Positions 12,621 to 29,074 are shown, counted from the first letter of the stretch. The stretch: DNA of 64,000 bases from Emiliania huxleyi CCMP1516 (GCF_000372725.1 NW_005201165.1:64853-128852), one strand, 5' to 3'. Notes: generated by a model from the letters alone, not told the origin. Program-made: numbers and translations.

Positions 12621-13172
12621 ATGGTAGGCCGACATTTCACGCACGCAGTTAGCCTCACCTGCGCTGTGGAAAGGGAGGGACTGGAGCACGAGTGCCAAAA
12701 GGCGGAGCAGGCCCTCGCCGCGCGGCAGAGCGAGCTTCGCGCCGCACAGGCCCGTCTGCAGGATGAGGAGGCCGAGGCGGCGAGGAGGGGAGAGCCCGAC
12801 CCGGCGGCACTGCAGAGGGCGGTGTCTGCGATGACGAGGAAAGTGGAGGCGCAGATTGCTGACGCGTCCATCGCTCTCGTGCAGCGGCGTGAGGATCTGA
12901 AGCAGCTCATGCAGGGCAAGCGGTGTCAGCTCGCGGCGGCGGTGGGTGGGAACGCGAGGGAATACTACCGATCCAACCACGCGCAGTTGCGAGCGCTACG
13001 GAGGGAGCAGACGAGGGCCGCGACCGACGACGGCGACACTCGGGCGGCCAGAAGGAGGGCCGAGGACACCGACCGCTCCATCGCGCAGCTGGCGACGCAA
13101 CTGCATCAGCTTCGGCGCGCAGTGGCTGACGCGAGAGCTGAGCGTGACTCGCTGCTGCGGCAGCCACGCTGA
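12621..13172 (+). CDS. Hypothetical coiled-coil protein
   Basis: ATG at 12621; E/Q/R/A-rich heptad-like sequence. Confidence 0.45.
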   Translation: MVGRHFTHAVSLTCAVEREGLEHECQKAEQALAARQSELRAAQARLQDEEAEAARRGEPDPAALQRAVSAMTRKVEAQIADASIALVQRREDLKQLMQGKRCQLAAAVGGNAREYYRSNHAQLRALRREQTRAATDDGDTRAARRRAEDTDRSIAQLATQLHQLRRAVADARAERDSLLRQPR

Positions 13173-13416
13173 CTGTTGCTCCTCAACGGAGGCCAGCTCG
13201 CTCTATCTGTCGAAGAGACAGAGACAGACAGGCTGAGACAGACAGACGAGAGAACGGCGGCGCGGGGGCAGGGGCCGCGGGGGGCAGAGGCACGCGCGCG
13301 GGGGGGCAGAGGCAGCACTTGGCAGAGCTAGAGCGGAGAGCGGTTCCAAGTGATCAGTAGTGTACACGTGCAAAAGCTGCCTTCGCCAAAATGATTCAAC
13401 AATACTACACACACGC

Positions 13417-14936
13417 TCACCAATAGAGGTACCACGCTTCGCCGCACCGGATCCCAAACCCCTGCATTGTGACGCGCCGCGCGCGCAGGTCCCACGTGGG
13501 CCGCCAGCCGCCCCACTCGCCCACCTGCGAGCAGGGGAAACGGGAGGTCGGTGTGTCTACCCGCTAGGTGCGTGGGCGAGGGCGGGTCGCGCCTGGTGAA
13601 TGATCAGGCCCGAGTGTACCACGAGCCGGCCCACCTTGTACACCTCTCGCCGCATCACGGCGCACGTGTCGGCGCACCACGCCCACTCGTCCCCTACGTG
13701 GTCCGCGCAGCCCTGCCTCTTGCTGCGGAAGGCGACGTAGTTGAGGCCCGCCTCGCCCTGGTCCGAGGGCGGCAGCGCCAGCGGCAGCGTGAAGGAGATG
13801 CGGGACCTGCTCTCGCACTCGGCCAGCCAGGGGAGCTGCTCGCTCAGCCCGCCCGTCCCGTTGGCCGTCATGCTGTTCCACTCGTCGTCGACGTGCCTGG
13901 CAGCCATGCTCCCGATCCACTCATCACTCAGCCCACCGCCATGCTGCTCCACTCAACATGACTGGGAACGAATCTCGGCTCATCTCGGCCAACCTCGGCC
14001 AGCTCTGCCGTCTCGGCTGTTCTCGGCTAATCTCGCGCATGTTAAAGACGGGGAACTGCCACGCTGCGTGCGAGTAGATGTAGTGGAAGCCCGGCAGGGA
14101 GAGGCCGGGGGCGAAGCGGACTGGCCCGTCCCTCAGCGACTGCTCCAGGATGTCCCGCACGTCCTCGAGCAGCCCTCCAAAGGCGGCCTTCAGGTATTCC
14201 CGCTCCGTCTCCATCGCCCGCTCGTAGGAGGTGCGAGAGGTGAGCGGCGGCGCGCCGCCCGTCTTGTTCTTGTGGTACGCCCAGTACGGCCCCACCGTGA
14301 AGAAGGGCAGCGGCCCCGCCGTATCTGAAATGTGGATGAGTCTGTCCGCCGGGACGGACGCCACGATCGCGGCTGCCTCTTCGGGCGTGAGAACCTGCCG
14401 GCGGAACATCTCGCTCTTCGCCCACGGCGAAGAGCCGTTCGCCTGCGGACGAGCCGGAGGGCAGGTCCAGGTCGGTCCTCTCGGACTCTCAGACGCTTCG
14501 CAGAAGTGTCTCTCGGAAGCACCGTGTACGAGTAGGATTGCCGGCAGAGCCGCTCGGTCAGCTGAGGAATAAGGCGGCGCTTGGCGATCGCAAAGAGCTG
14601 GTGCGTGGCGAGCGCGAGAATAACTGGGCTGGCGGCGGCGCAGCCACGAGCGCGGCGGCCGCCTGGGAACGTGCGGCGGATGCGTCATCAGTGCGTCCAC
14701 GGTATAAGGTGGCCGCTGCTCCTTGGGCGCAGCGATGAGAAGCGGCAGAGCACACTGTTTTAGTGTGTCGCGGCGTCTCGGAGGCGCCTCTCACCTATTG
14801 CGACGGCCCTCAGCCATACGAGCAGCAGCGCGACGACGAGGAGCGGGACGGCGACGGTGGCGGGTGTGAGCTGCGTATAGCCAAAGTAGGGAACGAGGAG
14901 GAAGCGGACGCCCCCGGAGGCGTTCAGGAAATGCAT
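13417..14936 (-). CDS. Putative 2OG-Fe(II) dioxygenase-like protein with an N-terminal membrane anchor, multi-exon
   Basis: FFTVG, LPGFHYIY, HVD (HxD), ISFTLPL, HSGLIIHQ (distal His) and a terminal exon RRVTMQGFG...WYLYW*. Hydrophobic N-terminal exon at 14760-14936. Confidence 0.6.
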
Positions 14937-15132
14937 GAAGAAGTCAGCACTGGGTCCCAGGAAGGCGATGCGATGACGGCTTAGTGTGAGCTTACGCACG
15001 AAGGCAGATCGCTAGAGTAGGAGCTGACCGACCCTCGCGTCCGGTGTTCACCGACGGCCGGGCGGGCCACCCGCCCACGCGCCGCCCACGTGCAACGCGG
15101 CGCGCGCAAACTCGCCCGCCGACTGCAGCCGC

Positions 15133-15725
15133 CAGTTCACAGCCTTGTTATTGAGAAGAAAATACCTCCTATGGCGCTGTGCGCTGGCCTGTGAGAGGTT
15201 GAGGTGCGAGCCCTGGAGGCCCTGGGGATGGGGGGGGACTACCCGCGGGCTTAGAAGGCCCGCGCGCAGGGGGGTGGGGCATTGAGACCGGTCATGAATG
15301 AGTGCGCGACACGCATGTTGCGAGCAGCGTTGTTGATGTTTTGCGCATCGCCACTGACGGCGGCGCGCGAGAGCTGTTGCGAGTGGTGTTGGGCGAAGCC
15401 CCGGGCGCTGCTGGAGGCTGTGCCGTAGTCGGTGCGGTCGACGGCGCTCGGGCTGCCGACCTCTTTGGCGAAGTTGAAGATGATTCTCTTGGTTGGCGGC
15501 GCGATGCCGCCCTGGCTTTCGACGAGACAAATTTTGACGATTCCGTTCTTGACATGGAGCGCGTCGTAGTACTGTCCCTTGTGCTCTTTGACCCAGCCTT
15601 TGCCGGTCGCATGGACGAGCGGGCCCTGTGACTTGTGGCCGCGCTCTTTGCACCCAAGAACCTTGAGCAAGGTTTGGTCGAGGGTGTTGCCGAAGCCAAA
15701 CTTTGTGGCCCAGTGACGCACAGCA
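15133..15725 (-). mobile_element. 5'-truncated CRE-like non-LTR retrotransposon: C-terminal restriction-like-endonuclease region plus 3' UTR
   Basis: ORF 15251-15721 contains KGQYY...ICLVESQGG...FAQHHSQQLSRAAVSGDA, matching the K..KY / VE..GG / QRLS.A..RGNA pattern at CRE-clade C-termini. Shorter copies of the same 3' end occur at 45302-45511 and 36088-36153. Confidence 0.6.
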
Positions 15726-16521
15726 TCCGCCGTGTGCCGCCGAGCCCTGCCCAGCCTGCCTCGTCTTTGTGAGGGCGCTAGGCACAGCCTTGTTATTCTT
15801 CTCGGTGCCTTGTTATTGAGAAGAAAATACCTCGTCTACGCCAGTTCACGTACAGTGGGTTGCGGGCATTAAGAAAACAGGATTGCGGCACGCCGCCGTT
15901 TTCTAAGCCTTTCCACAGCCCTCACCCACCCCACGCCGTGGTTTCTTAGCTGCTCCGGCCGTACCATGCGGAATCGACGACCCTATCAAGTGCTCAAGTG
16001 TCAAGAGCTCAAGCTCCGGCCGGCACTCAAGCAGAGCCGGCCCGAAGGATTTTTAGGTAAGTAAGAGGTAAGCTGCGGTCCGCGAGGGCGATGCCAGAGT
16101 CTGCCGCCGAGTCGGCTCTCTGGATGACGGGAAGACGCACACAAGGTCACAAGCCTCCATCCACTCGCACTCCACTCAGAACACCGCAGACTTGGAAAGT
16201 GACAAGTGCGCGCGCCGCAGGCGAGGAGAAATTTGCGGGCGGGGCTCCAGTTCACACTCGTGTCTGGCTGGCCTTTTCTTCGGGGCCGCGCCTGCGGCGC
16301 GCTGTGGTTTCTTAGATTTTCGCGGAAATCGCTTGGTAGGGTTTCTTACTGGTACGTTTTCTTCATGCCCGCAACCCACTGTAAACGCACATCCCCGGGC
16401 CCCGAAATCGCACAGTGATGACAGTGACATGCAACACGGGGTCCGCCAGTTCACAGATAGGTTGATAAGAAACAACGCTTTTCGCAGACTCCCTTGTTAT
16501 TGAGAAGGAAATACCTCCTAA

Positions 16522-16731
16522 AAGAAAGAAAGAAAACAGACACCCCAAGGGAGGGATGGGAGGACGGCACGCCGCCACCACACAGGGATTTTAAGGAGAG
16601 GTGTGTGATGCGCTAGCCGTCGCCCACCCTAGGGAGTCTGCCTCTTCCTATCTCTCTTCGCAGTCTCTCGCCGCTTCTCGCTGCAACCTTCATGCCACCT
16701 CGCGGTCGTCCCACTCTCGTCGTTCTCTCCC
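16522..16731 (-). mobile_element. Dispersed repeat with a (TTTC)n tail; long copy at 35694-35921, short copies at 27393-27463, 30308-30365 and 59081-59141
   Basis: Shared ccaagggagggatgggaggacggcacgccgccac core; about 200 bp is near-identical between the 16.5 kb and 35.7 kb copies. Confidence 0.75.
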
Positions 16732-17015
16732 TTGTCATTTCCTCCTCTGTCGCGTCGTTCTCTTCTGCCTCGTCCTGCGACGCCGCCGCCTGCCGGTCCC
16801 TTGTTCTCTCGCGCAAGTACCTCCTATGGCCCGCTCTCGCGCAGGTGTGTTTCTTCAATTTCAAGAATTCTTCCTTTCCTCGGTAGAGCACTTGCAAAGA
16901 GCTCTAACGGCACCCGGTACCGCTGCCGGTGCTCTCGCTGCGCTGCCGCAGTGCGCTCGCTCGCCGGCAGGAGTGACGACGGAGCAGTCGGCAGGCTACA
17001 CTACTCAGCGAGAGC

Positions 17016-18296
17016 ATGAGCGGCGAGTGGCTGCTGCGCCTCGACTCGAGCCTCTCCCCGCGGCCGACTCGGCCGGCCACGATCGGGCCGATCGCTGGCG
17101 GCAGGTCGCTCGTCGTCGGCCGCGACCCGAGCCGGTGTGACGTCGTTCTCGACTCGGCGGCCTTTCCCGGGCTCATCTCTCGGCAGCATGCTACGATCGT
17201 GCTCGAAGAGTCGGGCCCGGTCCTACGAGACTCGTCTCTCAACGGCGTCGGGGTCGACGGAGGCCGCACCGCACGCGGCGAGGCGCAGCACGTCCCGCTG
17301 CGGGACGGCTCGACTCTGGTCTTTGGGGTTCGCGGCTCTGCGACAGAGTTCGTCTACCGCGTGGCTCAGCGGCAGACCGAGACAAACCCGCAAGCCACGG
17401 CTATAGCACCAGAGGGGAGTGAGGAGATCCACACACTCGACACACTGGGTGGCAGCGACGACGACGACAATGGCTGCATCGGTCCGGCGGTAGCTTCCGA
17501 TGGCGGGGCCCCGCTCGCGTCAGCGGCGGCGCCTGCGGCTGCGCCGGAGGAGCTCATGGTGGAGGAGCTGCAGTGCTGCATCTGCGCAGAGCTGCTCGTG
17601 CGGCCGTGCCAGCTCCGCTGCTCGCACTCGTTTTGCTCGCCCTGCATCTACGACTGGGAGCGCCGCTCGCGCACGTGCGTCATCTGCCGCGAGGAGCTCG
17701 AGGAGGCGCCTCCGCAGCCCGTCCGGCTGCTCGACGGCCTCACGCAGAAGCTGGCCGCGCGCTGCCTCTCCGCCGAGGAGAAGGAGGAGTGGGAGGGGCG
17801 CGCGGCCGATTGGGACGGGCGCGCCTCGCAGGCCCGGCAGGTGTGGGGCACGCTGCCGCCCAAGCCCGCCCCTGCGGGGCCGCCCGTCCATCGGCACGTC
17901 GTCTCGAGGGTGGGAAGCGGAGGGGCCGTCTCGACGTGCCGCCGCTGCCTGCGCCCGATCGCCGCGGGCAGCCTCAAGCTCGGCGTGCGGTCGCACATCC
18001 CGCTCTTCAACCACACCGTCGTCTCGTGGCACCACACGAGCTGCCTCCCGCTGCCCGCCGCGCTGCTCGCCGACGGCGACCGCTGCGCGACGGAGGCGGA
18101 CGCCGCCGCGCTCCTCGACGAGCGGCTCGACGGCGCGACGACCGTCCTCGCACCCGAAGAGCGCCGCGCCCTCGCCGCCCAGCTGCTGGCGGACCCGCCC
18201 CCCGCCCGCAGCAAGGCGGCGGCGGCGGGGCGGCGCGAGGGCCGCCAGCAGGGCCGGCGAGAGCCAAGCAGGAACGTGGCCCCGCGCAGGCGCTGA
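17016..18296 (+). CDS. FHA-RING E3 ubiquitin ligase (RNF8/CHFR-like) with a C-terminal PARP-type zinc finger
   Basis: FHA: VGRDPSRCD...ISRQHA...SLNGVGVDG. RING: CCIC...CSHSFCSPC...CVICR. zf-PARP-like: STCRRCLRPI...LKLG...WHHTSC. Confidence 0.82.
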   Translation: MSGEWLLRLDSSLSPRPTRPATIGPIAGGRSLVVGRDPSRCDVVLDSAAFPGLISRQHATIVLEESGPVLRDSSLNGVGVDGGRTARGEAQHVPLRDGSTLVFGVRGSATEFVYRVAQRQTETNPQATAIAPEGSEEIHTLDTLGGSDDDDNGCIGPAVASDGGAPLASAAAPAAAPEELMVEELQCCICAELLVRPCQLRCSHSFCSPCIYDWERRSRTCVICREELEEAPPQPVRLLDGLTQKLAARCLSAEEKEEWEGRAADWDGRASQARQVWGTLPPKPAPAGPPVHRHVVSRVGSGGAVSTCRRCLRPIAAGSLKLGVRSHIPLFNHTVVSWHHTSCLPLPAALLADGDRCATEADAAALLDERLDGATTVLAPEERRALAAQLLADPPPARSKAAAAGRREGRQQGRREPSRNVAPRRR

Positions 18297-18450
18297 GAGA
18301 TGAAGCAGTGAACGGACAGAACGCCGTTTTCCCCGGATGCAGGGATGCATGCCCCGTCGTGATGTGTGGAATGGAATAGTGGGTAGAGCTGCGCGCTATT
18401 TTTCTCGTTGACCGCGCAGGATTCGGGGAAGGGTGGCTAATGCCTAATCG

Positions 18451-18835
18451 CTAAAGGGCTCTCTGCCCGCAAGCGGCGCCCCCGCGTCGCAGGCAGCCCG
18501 CGCCGCCGCGCGCGTCGCACAGGACCACAGTCCACGCAGTCGCAGACCCAGAGCGGACGCGGTACCATTGACAAATCCGCTGGTATTGCTGAAAATATCT
18601 CTCTCTGCAATGTACCCCCCCACACGTGCACACGAGACGAACAAATAGCAAAATCCGAAAGCATGCCGAGATTTTTTTGAAAAGCACTGTCTGTCTTGTA
18701 TCTTGAATACCGTGGCGAGACTTGGAGCAGTCGGTAACCTCACGAGACTGCGATCTGCGTGATGACCCGAGGAGTACGACTCCGTGCAAGCCTTCAGCTG
18801 GTCCCGGTTTACACCAGAACCTCCGCCAAATCCTT
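18451..18835. repeat. Degenerate dispersed repeat; inverted homolog at ~44538-44722
   Basis: Shared blocks gacgcggtaccattgacaaat, tgcaagccttcagctggt and ccgccaaatcc in reverse complement. Confidence 0.6.
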
Positions 18836-18931
18836 CCTTTAACGTTCTCGGGGTGTGGGGAGTACATGACAACTTGTGTGCACGCGTGCAGGCTGAACAA
18901 CGGGCCTCTCAGAAGGTTCAGACGCCAGACA

Positions 18932-19153
18932 GCTAGCGGGACAAAAGATTCTCGCCAATCCAGATACACAAACTTGCCCCCTCGCCCCACGCCGCCACGC
19001 GGCGTGGTGCCACCCTCGCCCGAAAATGAACGAAGAGGAACCCGCGCGCCCGAACCCGCTTCTACTTGGGTTTGTCCGCGACACATCGCGGGAAGAGACA
19101 GGCCCTTTTCTCGCGCCGGCACGGGGTGCCCATCCCATATCACCCCCGCCGGG
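18932..19153. repeat. Dispersed ~220-bp repeat; inverted copy at 58915-59195
   Basis: Near-identical reverse-complement match (cccgaacccgcttctacttgggtttgtccgcgacacatcgcgggaagagac). Confidence 0.85.
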
Positions 19154-19200
19154 ACGTGAGAACCGAGGCTATCCTCGTATAACAATCTGAGTCTGCACTC

Positions 19201-20337
19201 GTGCGTCCCCATGGCTCTCCTGATTTCCCTGAGCTCATCTCGTCGTCTTCTCCGACGCATCGCCACGGTTTACTCCTCGACCGGTCCTACCCAGATCGCG
19301 ACGGCTCAATCCTGTCCTTGAATCACGAGGAGGTCGATTTCGAGGCGGCCCTAGCGGAGGCGGAGGCGGAGGCGGCTGCGGCAGAGGCCGCGGCGGAGGC
19401 TGCTGCAAGGGCCGCCGCTGCCGCCGCCGCCGCGGCTCGTGAGAAGCGAGCCAAGGCGCGCCTGGCTGCCGCAGAAGCCGCCAATTCAAAGGCGCTGCAG
19501 ATAGCGGCAAATTCAAAGTCGCCGGCAATGTCGGCGGCGCCGACGCCGACGCTGCCGCCTGCACCGGCTGCACCGGCGACGCCGCCGCAGCCGCCTGCAC
19601 CGGCTGCACCGGCGACGCCGCCGCCACGGGCTGCGACGTCGGACGCACCGCAGGCTCCGGTGCGAGTGCCAGCGCTGCCCGGCGGCTGGGTGATGGAGGC
19701 GCAGCGCGTGAGCGTGTGCCGGCTGGAGGAGCTGGCAGAGGCGCACGACGCAACCCAGTGCGGGAGCGAGGAGTGGGTGGCGGCCAAGCACGCGCCGCTG
19801 TTTGCGCAGGACAGCGCGCTAATGTTTGGGCACTACGACGCCAAGTTGCGCTGCGACGGCCTCGTCGCCGAGATCCAGCTCACGCCCACGCCCGACCGCT
19901 CCTCTTCCCGGCGCTCCACCTCGACCTCCTCGCCCGCGTCGCCCTCCTCGCCCCCGCCGACTCCGGGCTGGGCCGACGACGTCGACGACGACTGGGCCGC
20001 CACCAGCGCCTCGCCTCTGGGAGGGGAGTGGAGCCGCGTGCTCCGCGTCTCGGTCTCCTGGCGGCGGTACGAGCTCGTCCTGCTGACGCAGCGGGACGCG
20101 TCCGGCTGCGAGCTGGCTCTGACCCGCCCCCGCCGCGTCCGACTCCGCGTGCTCTCTCGTGCCGAGCTGTGGGACTGGGTTCAGCGCTTCCCGCCCACGC
20201 TGGTCGACCCGGCGGCATGTGCGGCACTCGCGAAGACAGAGCCGGACGCGTCAAAGACGCAGAGGCTCCGCCTCGCCGCCGCGTACGTGTCGTCGCGCCC
20301 GCCAGCCCTTCACTCCGTCCGGCCCTGCTTTGCCTGA
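19201..20337 (+). CDS. Hypothetical Ala/Pro-rich protein; start uncertain
   Basis: 378-aa ORF with a coiled-coil and a duplicated PAPAAPATPP segment; C-terminal region looks globular. Confidence 0.45.
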   Translation: MRPHGSPDFPELISSSSPTHRHGLLLDRSYPDRDGSILSLNHEEVDFEAALAEAEAEAAAAEAAAEAAARAAAAAAAAAREKRAKARLAAAEAANSKALQIAANSKSPAMSAAPTPTLPPAPAAPATPPQPPAPAAPATPPPRAATSDAPQAPVRVPALPGGWVMEAQRVSVCRLEELAEAHDATQCGSEEWVAAKHAPLFAQDSALMFGHYDAKLRCDGLVAEIQLTPTPDRSSSRRSTSTSSPASPSSPPPTPGWADDVDDDWAATSASPLGGEWSRVLRVSVSWRRYELVLLTQRDASGCELALTRPRRVRLRVLSRAELWDWVQRFPPTLVDPAACAALAKTEPDASKTQRLRLAAAYVSSRPPALHSVRPCFA

Positions 20338-20723
20338 GGCTGAAGCCCGAGCGGCGGTTGGGTAGCCGTCTCTCGTCATGCCCGACACACCCACAAGCAT
20401 GAACCATGATGCCGCGATACCTTTCTTTTTAGTACGTGTACTTTTCGCTTACTGGGAGCACAGGGTCTCTCCTTTTTGTATGTATGTTTTTTGTTAGGTT
20501 AGGTTAGGTAGGAAGGTGAAGAACCCTCGGACTGGACACCAACGCGGTATATGGGTGTCTGTCAAGTAACAGAAAAGAAAATAAAAGCAAGCAAAAATTG
20601 CAGTAACAGCCAGCAACAGAAAAGAATTTAGACAAAGCAACTCTCTCTCACAGCAGACAGGCTCGACACAGGTGCGAACTGGCCGTGCTAGTACTATCAA
20701 CAGAAAAGAAAAATAAAAGGGCG

Positions 20724-22197
20724 ATGGTCGCCGCGGGCGGGCTAGCTCTCGTCGTGCCCTGCTACAACGAGGAGGAGCGGCTCCGCTCCGCTGCGTTTGT
20801 CTCGTACCTCGCAGAGACGCCCACGGTGCGGCGCGGCCGCCGCCCGCTTGCCTTGTGAGGCCCGCAACCAGGTCTTTTCTGCCACGCGTGGTAGGTGCGT
20901 CTGATCTTCGTGGATGACGGCTCGTCCGACGGCACGGTGCCCCTCCTGCAGAAGCTCGTCGCGGCCGCGGCCGGCGGCGCGGAGCTGCTGCAGCTGCCTC
21001 AGAATTGCGGCAAGGCAGAGGCGGTGCGGCGCGGGATGCTGCACGCGCTCGAGAGCGACGCACAGTATGGCGCGGTCGGGTTCTGGGACTCGGACCTCGC
21101 CACGCCCCTCTCCGCCGTCGCCGAGCTGCACTCCGTCCTCTGCAGCAACCCAGCCCTGCAGATGGTGCAAGGTGTGCGCGCGCGCTCCGCTCGGCAGTCG
21201 GCAGTGAACAGCATCCCTTCAAACGGTGGTGTGAAAAGGCGCGCGCGTCGCCCTCCTCGGTCGGAAGATCCGCCGCTCCCCAAAGAGGCACTACGCCGGC
21301 CGCGTCTTTGCGACGCTCGCCTCGCTGGCGCCGGCCCCGGCCTCCGCTCGGCACACCCGTGACACGCGTCTCTTCACAGCAGCTGCCGGTGTGAGCAGGT
21401 GCTCGACATGCCGGTGTACGACACGCAGTGCGGCGCAAAGATCTTCCGCACGACTCCGGCACTGCGGCGCCCTGCGGACGGCGCGGAATCACGGCCAACC
21501 CGTCACTGATGAGTCGAGTACCTCAGGCGCTGCGCACCGTGCTGACGGCGCCTTTCCTCACGCGATGGGTGCCCTTCAGCGCACGGGGGTGAGGCCTCCT
21601 CTTGCACTACGGCCCCACACCGGCCGCACCGGTCTCTAGGTCTTCGACGTCGAGATGATTGCGCGCTTCTCCGCGCTGCACCGCACCTCGACCACCACCT
21701 CCTCCACATCCACCGCCGACGCCAAGAGCGACGCTGCCCCGCCCTCGCCCTCGGCCTCCTTCGAGGCGCCTCCTCTCTCCACACCGCGGCGGGGGCGTCG
21801 ACTCGGCGCCTCTTCACGCGGGCACGCGTGAGCAGGTCCTGACTGCCGCCGGCCCCGCCGCCGCCACGCCCGCCGCCGCCGCCAGCGGCGAGGCGCTGCT
21901 CGGAGGCGGCACCGAGTCGGCAGCCGAGACGGCGTCCTTCGAGCACTGCATCTTCGAGTGCGTTTCGGCCGCCGCCGCCTCCGCGAGGTGACGGCGGCCT
22001 CACAGCTCCGCGCCCTGAGCAGGTTCCCGCTGCACGAGTGGGTCGACGTCGCCGGCTCGAAGCTGCGCCTGACCGACGTGGCTCGCATGGCGTACGGGCT
22101 CTGCCAGATCTACGCCACCTACTTCCTCCACGAGTGGCCCTCGGGCGAGCCTTGCACCGCCGCCCAGGCGACTCCAAGTTGGCTCGACCTCGGCTAG
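20724..22197 (+). CDS. Glycosyltransferase family 2, dolichyl-phosphate beta-glucosyltransferase (ALG5)-like, multi-exon
   Basis: VVPCYNEEER, FVDDGSSDGT, NCGKAEAVRRG, FWDSDLATP, RHYAGRVF, DTQCGAKIF, FDVEM and WVDVAGSKL occur in order. Confidence 0.85.
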
Positions 22198-22848
22198 CAC
22201 GGCCGGCTAGCACCTCCACCTCGGCTCCACTTCGGCTAGCACCGCCGGCTGCATCTCCCGCCGCTGAGATCGCCCTCTCCTCACCTCGCAGGCGACGGCA
22301 CGGCGCTTGCTCTTCGCCTGGGGTGCGCTGCTCTGCACCCTGCTCGCCACCCTCGCCGCGCCGCTGTTGTGGTGGCGCCTCCTCTGAGCGCCGCTTCTCT
22401 GATGGCGCAGCGCTGTGGCGAGGCCGCACCGCCCGCACCGCCCTTGCGCTTGTCTTTATTTGCCGGCTGTGGCGGCGCCGTTTGTGTTTTGAGCGGCGCG
22501 TGAGCATTACACTCGAGTGAGACATATTGAGCCACCTGTCGTGGCAGATGTGATCTCAGATGAGAGAGAGACACGCTTGTGTGATATCTGATGTGGCGCG
22601 AGATGATGGCGGAGAGATATGATCACGTGTCGAAAAAACAAAACAACGTGAAAGGCCTGGACGCGGCACATGCGCGCGTGCCACCACCGACAAGCGACGA
22701 CATGGGCGCCCACGGCCACGCCTCTAAGTAAGAGCTAGTTCGAGCACGAGCGAGCCAACGACCCGGCTCGCCCAAGTGTGCTGACTGTGGTCTGCACGGC
22801 CGGCCGCGCCCGCCAAGAGAGGGATGGGGAGAGAGGGGGAGCAGCGCA

Positions 22849-27282
<4,434 letters not shown>

Positions 27283-29074
27283 CTAAGTCTCGGCGAAAGA
27301 ATTCGATTCAACTCCACACCCCTCTCCGACGTGTCTGTCCTCGACCCAGCCCTAGCTTGGGATGTCCGTTGTATTTATTTATTTATTTATTAAAATCCCT
27401 GTGTGGTGGCGGCGTGCCGTCCTCCCATCCCTCCCTTGGGTTGTCCGTTTTCTTTCTTTCTTTCTGGCCCCTCCCTATGTGTAAGAGCGCGCACGAGTGG
27501 GTGTGCGAGCAATATCGAAAGACGGTGAGGAAAGCGGCGAGTCGCAATTGATCCATGTGCTGCTTGGCACGTCGATGGTGGTGGCGGAATGTGGTTGTGG
27601 GTGAGTGGCGGCAGCATGTGGGGGCCGTTAGCCTGCGTTTTCTTTCTTTCTTTGCGGCCCGTTGGATCTTCCATTTATTTCTTTGCGCGCACGAGAAAGG
27701 ACGACAGCCGCCCGCCAGAGTTTTCTATCCTGGAGTTTCGTTGTAACCTTCTCTCTTAATATCATCGCAAACCCCGTCAGCAGTCCTCCTCCGGGAATGT
27801 ACGTAAGAGCTACATACACTGAGAGAGGCCGACTGCGCTGAGTGGTAGGGCCCCCAAGGGCCTAGAAATCGCGCCTGCCTCTCCCTTTTCTCCCAGTAAG
27901 CTAAAAGTACACTGAAATATCTATCTGACACGCCGCAAGGACGCACACGAGGACGCACGTCCCTGGCACGTTCCAAATATGGCCATGATCGCCTCCTCAG
28001 AGCACTGGCTCGACTCGGCCCTTACGCTCCTTGCGGATAGCACTCGACTCAGCCAGTTCCTCGTCCTCTACCAGCTCGTCTTCCTGCTCGTCGTCCTGGC
28101 TTGCCTTGGTGCACAGCTTTTATTGACTGCCTGCTGCAACGTTTGGCGCCGCGAGGATGGGTTAGGCGGGGCCATGTGCCTTCAGCGGCACCGCCTCCCT
28201 AGCCTGGCGAAGCAGCGCTAGTCCTGGCGCGGCGGTACACGGGGATCGTGCTTCGTGGAGCCAGGCCCCGAGTCGCGGACAGCATGCATTCGAGAGATGG
28301 CGGCAGCGGGGGCTGAGCGACTGGGGCCCAAGAACAGATCAGAGTATACGACGGGCGTCCAGACATCCTGGCAGTCACGCTCGCCTTTGGCCCACCTTCC
28401 GCCGTGATGCCGCGATCACGGTGACAGTGTCAGCGTCACCACACTTTGAGAGAGCGGTGTGCCAGACCGGCCATAACGATGAGCCCTCTTGGACGGAAGA
28501 CAAACCCCCCCTCGATCTCTCCTGTGTCATGCTATGCGCTGTGTGTGCAGCGCGCTGAGCAGATCGCCGGAGTATACAGCGTTGGGTGTGTGGGTGTTTC
28601 ACAGCGGTTGCCAGCCCTCGCGGGGACCCGCGTCGAGACGCGCGCGAGGAGAGACGGCGCAGAGGGCGGGGGCGCGCGGGGAATCTCGGGGACTCGAAGT
28701 GTGTCTGAGGTGTGTGTTTGCGTTTTATTAAATGTTTTTGTTGTTTGGGCTTTTCGGATACGCCTCGGGCAGAGTTTCACCGCCAGCGGCCGGGAGGTCG
28801 TCGGTCGCTACTTTTAGCCTTTTTACATGCGGCGACACTGGCGACATGTGTCAACTGTCATGACACACAGGAACGCTCTCCAGCCCGATCGACCGAAAAG
28901 CGAAACCCTCTCTCACCCTGCGCCACGAAAACACGAGAGCGCGCGGCCGGTGCAAACAGCGCAGCGAGGCGAGGACGGCCAGAAGAGAAGCGCGGCCGGC
29001 CAAGCGCGGGATAACGGACAGCAGTGCACGGCCCCGAGGTGGCGAGCCGGCGGCAGCCCCTGCGGAAGGTAGGC

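Noticed and set aside
20494..20510. Telomere (TTAGG)n
   Set aside because: Only about three units, interstitial and attached to a dispersed repeat.
27979..28221. 80-aa hydrophobic ORF
   Set aside because: Could be a small membrane protein, but there is no motif or other support.
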